From an uncultured bacterium (lineage in GTDB: Bacteria; JAJVIF01; JAPKYR01), in NCBI GenBank assembly GCA_965369865.1, contig CBDURU010000004.1, forward strand, positions 1 through 64,000: DNA of 64,000 nt. Direction: 5' to 3'. This document shows positions 17,383 through 25,834 of the stretch, one piece after another. The notes beneath the pieces are model-generated. The model worked only from the letters and a program-made list of their open reading frames with translations. It ran no database searches and was not told where the DNA came from. Positions within the stretch are counted from its first letter, which is position 1; every line of letters begins with the position of its first letter. A program made the translations under genes and the position numbers.

Positions 17383-17886
17383 TTAGCGGTCCTCCTCTCT
17401 CAGCGCGCGTTTCAATGGATCCTGGTGAAGGTCGAGCGATGACGGCAGGTCGGACGGCAATCTTCCCGGAACACTTCGGATCGGCATTCGTATGGGATTG
17501 GTAACCAGTAAAGGTGTGTCGTCCTTGTCAGAATGCCTGGCGATTACGTAAAGATACTCCTGCCCGGGTTCCAGACCGGGATCCTGGAAGCGGCCTATCG
17601 GTCCAACCGGCCATGATTTCTCTTTTGTGGGGATCTCACCTTTTAACCTTAACCTGATAAGGCGAAAATCAGGATTGTCCGGGGTGCCCGACTTGATTTC
17701 CCCCGCGAGTTCCCAGAAAACCAGTGCCCGTTCAGGTACGACAGCTATCGCAACAGCCTCGTCGAAACCGTAGGCCGACGGCCATTCCGAAGGTGTCGGT
17801 ATGGATGCCAAACCAGCCCCGACAGGTCCGAGCTGTGTCTCCCGAATATCGGGTTGGTGCTCCCTGGTATTTGAATCGTGGTCCAC
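17383..17886 (-). CDS. DUF4912-like protein heading the glycogen operon
   Basis: YGFDEAVAIAVVPERALVFWEL resembles the recalled YG...L...DP..A..YWE DUF4912 pattern; operon context with GH57. Confidence 0.55.
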   Translation of the reverse strand: MDHDSNTREHQPDIRETQLGPVGAGLASIPTPSEWPSAYGFDEAVAIAVVPERALVFWELAGEIKSGTPDNPDFRLIRLRLKGEIPTKEKSWPVGPIGRFQDPGLEPGQEYLYVIARHSDKDDTPLLVTNPIRMPIRSVPGRLPSDLPSSLDLHQDPLKRALREEDR

Positions 17887-18044
17887 TAGTCCCCACCATT
17901 CCTCTGATTGAAATTAACATCTCCAATTCGAGGTTGAATATACCCTATTAGAAATAGAAAGCAAGGGTTTATAAGCAGAAATTTCTCTACCTTTACTGAA
18001 TTTTTGCCTTTTGCTAATAAAAATAGGAAGAATTGCTACATTCT

Positions 18045-19565
18045 TTATCCCGACTCCACTAGAGGGCCCAGCTCATCCTCCGTGGAGTCATCCCCATCTT
18101 CCGATTCCACGTCATCCCCATCCTCTTCACCAGGAGTGTAGGCATGTACCCCAGGCGGAAAATCGGGATTTGTCCCGATCGCGTCCTCCGGCGTTTCCTG
18201 AACCCATCCAACCTCGCCGGGTACCCATACAAACCGATGCCCGCGTTCTTCGAGGACGATCCTGTCGTCTGATGACTCGATAACCGTCACTTCCGTATTG
18301 GTTTTCGGCATGACAATTGTCTCACCCTCGCGGAACCCGACTGTCCCCGCTTCGTAGATGTTACCGATGCGTACGGTCCGTACCCATTCGTTTGTATCCT
18401 GAATATGGATATCGTTCGTGATTGGTTTGACAGTCGGCTGCAAAGTGAGATCGCTCAACTGGATTTCCATGCCAAGGTCGGAACCCGTATTGCCGGCAGC
18501 CTGCGATTGATCAATAGCCCTCGACCCAAAACCACTGTCCTCTGGATATCCGGTAGTGAAAGAATCGTAATTGAACCCTGGCTGGTCATCGAATCCCGGT
18601 AACGGCTGGAGATCATCCGAATAATCGGCTGGCTGCGGCGGGACAGGGATTTCAGGTGCGGATTCACCGGCACCCGGTCCGAGAAGTGAACTACCCGTGT
18701 CAGCCGAACCTGAATACCGTGGATCGCTGGCGATCCAGTTCATGTACTGCTCCTCACGGTTGATGTCCTCTATGACATTCTGGGCTATAGAAATAATGGC
18801 ATCGTCAGATGTTTCAGAGATCAGGCGGGACAAACGCTGACGGGCGGTTCCAAGGTCGTAATTCGCGATATGGTTCAGTGCAAGGCCGAGTTCGGGAGTC
18901 GGATCGTCGGGAAGTTTCTCGAGCGCATACTGGAAATGATAAACGGCGCTTGAGAGTGCGTCCGTATCCCCATCCACGTCGAATTGTAAATCAAGAGGCC
19001 AGTTGTACGGAAGGACATCCGCAAACCGACCGACCAGGTATACCTTCAGGTTATTGGGGTCGCCGGGCGAAATGCAACCGAGATTGTAAAGACACCCAAG
19101 CGCGAGATGGCTTTCACGGTCGTCCGGGGTAATTTCGAGTTCAGCCAGGAATTTTTTAACCGCGTCGCTGCCCTGCTTATTCTCGATCGCGATTCGTCCA
19201 AGCGATGAGTATGCCCCGGGAATGTCGGGATCGAGTTCAAGTGCGACCGTGAACTGGAAAAGCGCACGATATGAATCACCGTCTATAAGGGATGCCTGCC
19301 CCATCGCGAGACGTGTACGGGCTTCGTTTTGCCTCTCCCGGGTTTTCTGCACCTGTATAAATGCGATTACCATTATGACGATAATCGCGAGAACGGCTGT
19401 TGTTCCAATTAAAGTGATACCGTTCTTTGAATCTTTTTCGGGTTCAGCCGGTTCAGGTTGCGGATGATGTTCAGTAACAAGCAGGTCGTCCTGCTCGATC
19501 GGCTCTATCGGCTCAATTGGTCTGAATACAGCTTCATCCGGGATTTTGCTTTTGTCGTTTTTCAT
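18045..19565 (-). CDS. Membrane-anchored TPR-repeat protein
   Basis: Single hydrophobic helix (LIGTTAVLAIIVIMVIAFI); TPR-like ALELDPD..AY..LG repeats; acidic low-complexity C-terminal part. Confidence 0.7.
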   Translation of the reverse strand: MKNDKSKIPDEAVFRPIEPIEPIEQDDLLVTEHHPQPEPAEPEKDSKNGITLIGTTAVLAIIVIMVIAFIQVQKTRERQNEARTRLAMGQASLIDGDSYRALFQFTVALELDPDIPGAYSSLGRIAIENKQGSDAVKKFLAELEITPDDRESHLALGCLYNLGCISPGDPNNLKVYLVGRFADVLPYNWPLDLQFDVDGDTDALSSAVYHFQYALEKLPDDPTPELGLALNHIANYDLGTARQRLSRLISETSDDAIISIAQNVIEDINREEQYMNWIASDPRYSGSADTGSSLLGPGAGESAPEIPVPPQPADYSDDLQPLPGFDDQPGFNYDSFTTGYPEDSGFGSRAIDQSQAAGNTGSDLGMEIQLSDLTLQPTVKPITNDIHIQDTNEWVRTVRIGNIYEAGTVGFREGETIVMPKTNTEVTVIESSDDRIVLEERGHRFVWVPGEVGWVQETPEDAIGTNPDFPPGVHAYTPGEEDGDDVESEDGDDSTEDELGPLVESG

Positions 19566-19642
19566 AAACAGTTTAACAATAAGCCCACGATCCCCATCCG
19601 CGAATATATGATAACCGATTTCAGTTCAAAGTTCGATTAATT

Positions 19643-21043
19643 CTAGTTCCGTTTAGACGGGTCTATGCCGAGCGATCGCATTTTCTTATACAAATGACTT
19701 CGCTCAAGCCCCAGTTCTTCCGCGGTGCGTTTTACATTACCCTTGCAAGAAGTAAGGCGCCGTTCGATCAATTCCCGCTCACAGGTCGATATAGCGTCTT
19801 TCAGCGCTATCTCATCGAAACGCCCGAGGAACATCTCATCCGAGCCGTCCGAGTCTGCCTGTGGGACCGGATACGGCCTTTCAACCCCGGGAATGATCCC
19901 CGCAAGATCGGCAGGAGTAATTTCATCGCCGGGTGTAAGAATCGCGAGCCGCTCCATGAAATTTCTGAGTTCTCGCACGTTCCCGGGCCACTGGTAGGAT
20001 TTTAAAATTTTGAGGGCGTTCGTGGTAATCTGTTTCGGACGCTTGCTGTTTTCCATTGAATATTTCGCAAGAAAATGCTCGGCGATCAATGGGATATCGT
20101 CTGGATGTTCTCTTAATGGAGGCACATGAATCGGAATAACATTCAACCGGAAATACAGGTCAGGACGAAACTCACCTTCCTCGATTTTCCGCTCAAGGTC
20201 CTGGTTTGTCGCCGCGATTACCCGTACATCGACCTTGACCGGTTTCTTGCCGCCAACCCTTTCAAGTTCCTGTTCCTCAAGCACCCGGAGAACCTTCGCC
20301 TGTGCGCCGGGTGACATATCGCCGATTTCGTCGAGGAAAATCGTGCCGCCGTCCGCGAGTTCGAATTTTCCGGGCTTGGCAGCGGTCGCTCCGGTGAACG
20401 CTCCCTTCTCGTGCCCGAAAAGTTCGCTCTCGATGAGTTCGCCCGGTATCGCGGCACAGTTGACTTTAATGAACGGTTTGCCGAAACGTTCGGAGCCTGT
20501 GTAAATAGCCCTTGCGACAATTTCCTTGCCGGTTCCGTTCTCACCGGTGATCAGGATACGTGAATTTGTCGGCGCGACCTGCGCGACCAGGGCACGCAGA
20601 CGGTCGAGTGCGGTGGATGTGCCGATCATGACCGGGGCATCCTCGGCGCCTTCCTTCAGGAGGATATTCTCCCGCTCGAGATCGTGGAGCTTGAGCGCGT
20701 TACGGAGGGTGAGCAGAAGGCGTTCGAGATCGAGGGGTTTTTCAAGGAACGTGAACGCGCCGAGTTTTGTAGCGTCGACTGCGGTGGCGATGGTCGAATG
20801 GCCGCTCATCATTATTACAGGGCGCACCGGATCATTACGCTTGAGTTCGCGCAGGACCTGGAGGCCGTCGATATCAGGAAGCCAGACGTCGAGCAGTACA
20901 CAGTCGACCGGGGTGTCGGATGCGCGCTCGAGCCCGTCGGAGCCGGTCGCGGCGGTGACCGGCTCATGCCCTTCGCCGGACAGGATTCCGGAAAGGGTTT
21001 TGAGGATGTTCTCCTCATCGTCGATGATCAGTACGCGTGCCAT
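19643..21043 (-). CDS. Sigma-54-dependent response regulator (NtrX/NtrC family)
   Basis: REC domain (IIDDE, LLDVWLP); Walker A GENGTGKE; GAFTGA; WPGNVREL; C-terminal Fis-type HTH. Confidence 0.93.
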   Translation of the reverse strand: MARVLIIDDEENILKTLSGILSGEGHEPVTAATGSDGLERASDTPVDCVLLDVWLPDIDGLQVLRELKRNDPVRPVIMMSGHSTIATAVDATKLGAFTFLEKPLDLERLLLTLRNALKLHDLERENILLKEGAEDAPVMIGTSTALDRLRALVAQVAPTNSRILITGENGTGKEIVARAIYTGSERFGKPFIKVNCAAIPGELIESELFGHEKGAFTGATAAKPGKFELADGGTIFLDEIGDMSPGAQAKVLRVLEEQELERVGGKKPVKVDVRVIAATNQDLERKIEEGEFRPDLYFRLNVIPIHVPPLREHPDDIPLIAEHFLAKYSMENSKRPKQITTNALKILKSYQWPGNVRELRNFMERLAILTPGDEITPADLAGIIPGVERPYPVPQADSDGSDEMFLGRFDEIALKDAISTCERELIERRLTSCKGNVKRTAEELGLERSHLYKKMRSLGIDPSKRN

Positions 21044-21260
21044 GGTTCTTTATGGGATAAAGGATAGCACAATTTCCAACCTGGTGGCATACGATAAACG
21101 TGCAACGAATCCTGCGCATGATTGCGTTGTAGTGTTGCCGTTGCCCATGGAATTTTTTTTTGATTTTTTCGTTTCTCCGCAACAGTCAACAGTCTTTAAT
21201 AGTACGTGTTTGACGTTTGATAATTTTCTAAAATTGTTAGCAGGCTGCTTTGTGGTCATC

Positions 21261-21490
21261 TATGCTGAAAGGGAAATACGTCCGGCGGTCGTGATGCGGA
21301 AGGTTATCCTGCAAAACCGCTCCAATAAAGGCGCGCATACGCAGGAGGTTTTGATGACTGTTTTCAGAACTTTGAAACTCCGCGGTCACGACCCGATCAA
21401 GACAGTCGTCTCAGCGCTGACGGATTACCTGATCACCGGCAAATTGACACCATTATCTGAATTATTTGACACAGATGGGTAAAGTGTTAC
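21261..21490 (+). mobile_element. IS66-family remnant: 3' end of the transposase plus probable right end
   Basis: YAEREIRPAVVMRKVILQNRSNKGA...MTVFRTLKLRG matches the IS66 TnpC C-terminus; the stop is followed by ...GTGTTAC (21484-21490), compatible with a GTAA-type terminus; no upstream transposase. Confidence 0.75.
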
Positions 21491-21636
21491 TATAGGAAAT
21501 ACATAACCTGTCCCTGTATTTCTTTGCTAAACGCATGTATACTCCTTTGAGCATTTCTTGAGGAGACCACCCATGAAATGCCCCATGCTCTTGATTTTGT
21601 TATCATTTAAAACCACAGGCGTGAAGTATTAAAAAA

Positions 21637-22515
21637 ATGGCTGAAAACATTCGCAAATTTGAAAAAGATGGTCATCGAATTTATCATGGTGATGCCACAG
21701 TAGTTCTTAGGACTGAGATTGCATCTGATTCCATTGACTTGATCTTTCTTGATCCACCCTACAATATAGGAAAGCAATTTGCTGGGTTTCATGATAAATG
21801 GCCATCAGATAAATCCTATGCGGAATGGGCCTATGAGTGGTTGGATGAATGTATCAGAATTTTGAAGCCCAATGGTTCTTTATATGCAATGACGAGCACT
21901 CAGGCCATGCCATATTTCGATCTCTATCTGAGAGATAAATTGACAGTAATTAGCAGGATAGTTTGGCATTATGATAGTTCCGGTGTTCAAGCTAAAAGAA
22001 CATTCGGCTCACTCTACGAACCCATCCTTCATGGTGTTAAAAATCCGAAGCAATACATTTTTAATTCGGATGCAATTAAAATTGAAGCCAAAACAGGCGC
22101 ACAGCGGAAATTAATCGATTACAGGAAAGAAGTACCAACCCAATATAATACTGAGAAAGTTCCAGGCAATGTTTGGTATTTTCCTCGCGTCAGGTATCGC
22201 ATGGATGAGTACGAGAACCATCCTTCTCAGAAACCAGAAGCTTTGCTGAAAAGAATTATCCTTGCAAGCAGCAACGAAAACGGCATTGTGCTTGATCCGT
22301 TTGCAGGAACTTTTACTACCGGTGCAGTATCACGTTTATTAAATCGAAAATCTATTAGCGTGGAGTCACAAGAAGAGTACTTAATGATTGGATTGCGAAG
22401 AGTACTTAAATTGAATTCCTATAAAGATGAAGCCCTTAAATCTCCAGTAAAAGACTATTCCAAAAAGAAAACAGAAAATGAGTTGACGGGAGGCTTGTTC
22501 AATGCCATCAGTTAA
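21637..22515 (+). CDS. yhdJ: Beta-class DNA amino-methyltransferase, YhdJ-like
   Basis: DPPY before DPFAGTFTTG (beta order); EAKTGA.RKLIDYRK and PRVRYRM.EYENHP.QKPE.LL.RII.ASSN are characteristic of YhdJ. Confidence 0.88.
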   Translation: MAENIRKFEKDGHRIYHGDATVVLRTEIASDSIDLIFLDPPYNIGKQFAGFHDKWPSDKSYAEWAYEWLDECIRILKPNGSLYAMTSTQAMPYFDLYLRDKLTVISRIVWHYDSSGVQAKRTFGSLYEPILHGVKNPKQYIFNSDAIKIEAKTGAQRKLIDYRKEVPTQYNTEKVPGNVWYFPRVRYRMDEYENHPSQKPEALLKRIILASSNENGIVLDPFAGTFTTGAVSRLLNRKSISVESQEEYLMIGLRRVLKLNSYKDEALKSPVKDYSKKKTENELTGGLFNAIS

Positions 22516-23650
22516 ACATGATTTTACACAGACAATTATCCGTATCTTAGAAGAGCATTTCCCAGGTCATGGTGAGCAGTTACTAGATAACAGCGAACTG
22601 CTACAGTACATAAACATAAAGGCAAAGGCGGCTAATCGTGGATCGAAATCAAGAAGCGGCTTTGCCAATCACTATGCTATATATGTGCTGATCGAAGATT
22701 ATTTAAATCATGGATTTAATGAGAGTGACGACTACACTAAATATGAGGGAGCGCAATATAGCAGACTCTTAAACCGACAACGTGAACTTCCGTTTGGCAG
22801 CAAGCTGCAGAATCATGCCCTAAATCATAGGTTAAACGAAGAATTTCATAAATATTTCCCCACTTCTACTCATGTAATAATAATTAGAGACGTTGAAACC
22901 AGTCGCTATTGGATTAATGAAAAATTGCTGCAAGTGAAACTTGGGAAAACTGTTTATAAAATAGCACCGGCCGTTAAAGCAATTATTGATGCCTATATCG
23001 AAGCAAGGTCTAGGTCCTTCGATGAATTTATGGGTTACTGCGAAGAGATAATGAAATTAGAGAAAGATGACGCCGATAAAGCCATTGAATTTGTCAAAGG
23101 GTTATTGAAACCAAATATCGATGCGCGTATTTTTGAAATAGTCAGTTATGCAATATTGAGGGAATTTTATTCTGACCAGAAAATATATTGGGGCTGGTCA
23201 CCGGATGAAATTAATCCTGAATTCTTGGTCTTATACAAGACAGGCAGGACTAATGCTAATGATGGCGGAATCGATTTTGTGATGAAGCCTCTGGGGCGTT
23301 TTTTTCAGGTAACTGAAACAGTTGATGCAGGCAAGTATTTTCTTGATATTGATAAGGTTCAAAGATACCCGATTACTTTTGTCGTAAAAACCGAGCAGTC
23401 TGTCGAAGAAATTAAAAATAAAATCAAGGAGCAAGCTATTGAAAAATACGGGATAGTCGCTATCGTTGAGAAGTATATGACTTCGGTTGAGGAAGTAATT
23501 AATATAGCAGAGCTCATGTTAAGATTTGACGAAGTATTGAAAAATAATAAACTGCATGTGACTATTGAGGAAATTATTCTCCAGAGCAAAGTTGAATTTA
23601 ATATTGATATTGAAGATGATAGCTTGGAGGATGAATCTGAAGATCAATAG
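22502..23650 (+). CDS. Putative type II restriction endonuclease cognate to the methyltransferase
   Basis: 14-nt overlap with the MTase; AT-rich; FEIVSY...TGRTNANDGGIDF...FFQVT resembles a PD-(D/E)xK variant (D...QxT). Confidence 0.7.
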   Translation: MPSVKHDFTQTIIRILEEHFPGHGEQLLDNSELLQYINIKAKAANRGSKSRSGFANHYAIYVLIEDYLNHGFNESDDYTKYEGAQYSRLLNRQRELPFGSKLQNHALNHRLNEEFHKYFPTSTHVIIIRDVETSRYWINEKLLQVKLGKTVYKIAPAVKAIIDAYIEARSRSFDEFMGYCEEIMKLEKDDADKAIEFVKGLLKPNIDARIFEIVSYAILREFYSDQKIYWGWSPDEINPEFLVLYKTGRTNANDGGIDFVMKPLGRFFQVTETVDAGKYFLDIDKVQRYPITFVVKTEQSVEEIKNKIKEQAIEKYGIVAIVEKYMTSVEEVINIAELMLRFDEVLKNNKLHVTIEEIILQSKVEFNIDIEDDSLEDESEDQ

Positions 23651-23724
23651 CCACTATCCTTCATCCCCCCTTTCCCCTAAAATATCCCTCAATCAACCTC
23701 CTTCTCCCAAGGAGCCCGATACCA

Positions 23725-23832
23725 CTGCCTAAACTCCTCCTCTTCACTTTAACCATCCTCTTCGCGATTACCCTCGCATCCTGCACCGATCGCGCCGGTG
23801 CAAAAAACGATCCGCCATCCAAGGTTGAATAA
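23725..23832 (+). CDS. Putative 35-aa micro-lipoprotein, or a stump of a lipoprotein gene (CTG start)
   Basis: AAGGAG at 23709-23714; reads (M)PKLLLFTLTILFAITLASCTDRAGAKNDPPSKVE*, with a hydrophobic core and LASC lipobox. Confidence 0.4.
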   Translation: MPKLLLFTLTILFAITLASCTDRAGAKNDPPSKVE

Positions 23833-23833
23833 G

Positions 23834-23857
23834 CATACGCCGGATGCGCATGTTACA
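23834..23857 (-). repeat. REP-like palindrome, GTAAC family
   Basis: Minus strand TGTAACATGCGCATCCGGCGTATG, nearly identical to 44459-44482. Confidence 0.7.
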
Positions 23858-23864
23858 TTTGAGG

Positions 23865-25445
23865 TCATTCGTCCGGGTCGAGGTAGGGTTGCCAGGGGAT
23901 GTCGATGTTGAGGATCAGGCGGAGGTTTAAAAGCAATCCCGCGAACTGTTCTGGGGTGGTTTCAGAATTTTCAAATGTCGTTGTTAAAATCCAGTCATAG
24001 TAAATTTCAGTGAGGGGATCGTAATACCTGTTGGCACCCTCATGCCATAATGTAAATTCTGGCTGCATCAGGCCCCATCTGAGCAGGTCGAGAGCCGCCG
24101 CACGGTCATCGGCGGTAGTTAATTCCGGGAGCAGAATGATAAGAGCGTCGTGAATACGGAATAATTCGTCACCGGTTAATTCAGCATCGAGGAATGATGC
24201 CTGGTCCGCTGAAAATGCTGTTAGTATTCCGGAATAGAGTTTTAAAAGTTCACCGTTACTTACCAGGCGCCTCTCTTCAATATGGGAAAGCACTTTACCT
24301 TTAAGCAGCAATGCCGAATCGGTTGTTGTGAGCCATGCGTCAACCGGCATGTGAAGCATCCGGGCGATTGCGGCGAAACACAAGTCCCGTCGAACCTGCT
24401 CTGTAACATTGCTCTCGGCTTCCTGAAAAAGTGCGTTCGCCCACTGCCATGACGGCGCCCGTCCAAGAGCGTCGGCAATTACCCATGCTTCTTCGCCTTC
24501 CCCTGTTGGACCGTTTTCAAGTCCGCCGCTCATGAGGAAATCCACTATTAAATTTACATCATCATCCGTGTATGGATACATACCGCCTGAATCCCATGTG
24601 GTTCGCGCCAGGTTCCAGTACATCCATCTGTGGAAATCAGAAACCCCACCACCATCGCGATATTGTTCAAGCTCGGAGAAGACCATGTCCAGGGCGGATT
24701 GGCGTGCAAGTTGAATGGACCTGAGCGACATCGCATGAGTGAGCCGTCCGTCCCAGAATGGCTGGTCGGGAGCAAGGTCCTGGAGGCTTTCGATCTCACT
24801 GTTCCAGTCCAGAATCGCCCTGACACCGGATTCACCAGTGGCTGCGAGTGCGGTGTGAAGCCAGTCCCGCCACTGTGAAACATCATCCTGGGCAACCTCC
24901 CCAACCGGGACCTCAAGCAGATCACTCCTCGATTCGTAAAGTGAACCAAGCTGGCGAAGAATCTCCTCCGGGATGTTGTTCCGGCCAGTCTGGACAGATT
25001 CAACCCCCGCACGAGCGAATGCATAAATTGCCGTGACACCTTCAGCTATCAAATCAGAAGTCCTGGCTCTCAGTTGTTCATCATCAATAATTGCCAGGAA
25101 CCTCTCCCGATCGAACGATGTTTTTCCCTCAGCAACCTGCTTTTTCAGATCGTCATTGAGAGCCCAGTAGATATCATTCATCTCCCTGAGACGGTTGCCG
25201 AGTTCCCGATCTACTCTCTCCCCCCCTTTGTGAACCCATGCGAAATGGATAATCGGGTGGTACGGATGCGGCCAGTTAGAGATGGCAGGATCGCCGGGTA
25301 TATATTCACCGTTTTCAGAAACCCAGGCGTTGTATTGACGCTCGACATCGTCATGGAGATTTCGCAGCCTGCTTGAAAATGGATTACATGCGATGGAACT
25401 TATTACGACAGCAAGTAAAATGAGCAAGGTGGTTGTAAATCGCAT
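23865..25445 (-). CDS. Hypothetical alpha-helical lipoprotein
   Basis: 526 aa; signal peptide with SIAC lipobox; no recognisable catalytic motif. Confidence 0.65.
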   Translation of the reverse strand: MRFTTTLLILLAVVISSIACNPFSSRLRNLHDDVERQYNAWVSENGEYIPGDPAISNWPHPYHPIIHFAWVHKGGERVDRELGNRLREMNDIYWALNDDLKKQVAEGKTSFDRERFLAIIDDEQLRARTSDLIAEGVTAIYAFARAGVESVQTGRNNIPEEILRQLGSLYESRSDLLEVPVGEVAQDDVSQWRDWLHTALAATGESGVRAILDWNSEIESLQDLAPDQPFWDGRLTHAMSLRSIQLARQSALDMVFSELEQYRDGGGVSDFHRWMYWNLARTTWDSGGMYPYTDDDVNLIVDFLMSGGLENGPTGEGEEAWVIADALGRAPSWQWANALFQEAESNVTEQVRRDLCFAAIARMLHMPVDAWLTTTDSALLLKGKVLSHIEERRLVSNGELLKLYSGILTAFSADQASFLDAELTGDELFRIHDALIILLPELTTADDRAAALDLLRWGLMQPEFTLWHEGANRYYDPLTEIYYDWILTTTFENSETTPEQFAGLLLNLRLILNIDIPWQPYLDPDE

Positions 25446-25834
25446 AGGATTTCTCCCGGCCGAAATTTAATGCTTATATCCACTGCTGTCCAGGATAATC
25501 TGATTTTGGACAAGCTTACCCCATAGAATAAGGCATCCATGCGGTTAAATCATTCTTTCCGGGTAGAGGTCTACCCTTTTTACAGGTATTTTTAAGTTCA
25601 ATTCAACTCAAGCTGTCCATTTTATCTGTTTCGAGGAGGATTTTTCGCTTATAATTACCCCGCAACTGAAAAGTTGTTTTGGACATGAGTGGAAGTCAGT
25701 CTTGATTTTTGCCCCCCATTTGTGTATCCATTGTAACTTGTATGCTAATCAGTATGGGAAATTTTTCACAAGGTTTCCTGTTTTTTTACTGAAATCATAA
25801 AAATTATTCATCCGACCTAACATGAGGAGTTCCG

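Noticed and set aside
20526..21482. 318-aa plus-strand ORF as a real gene
   Set aside because: It is a chance join of the antisense frame of the NtrX-like gene, intergenic DNA and the IS66 remnant; only 21261-21482 is meaningful
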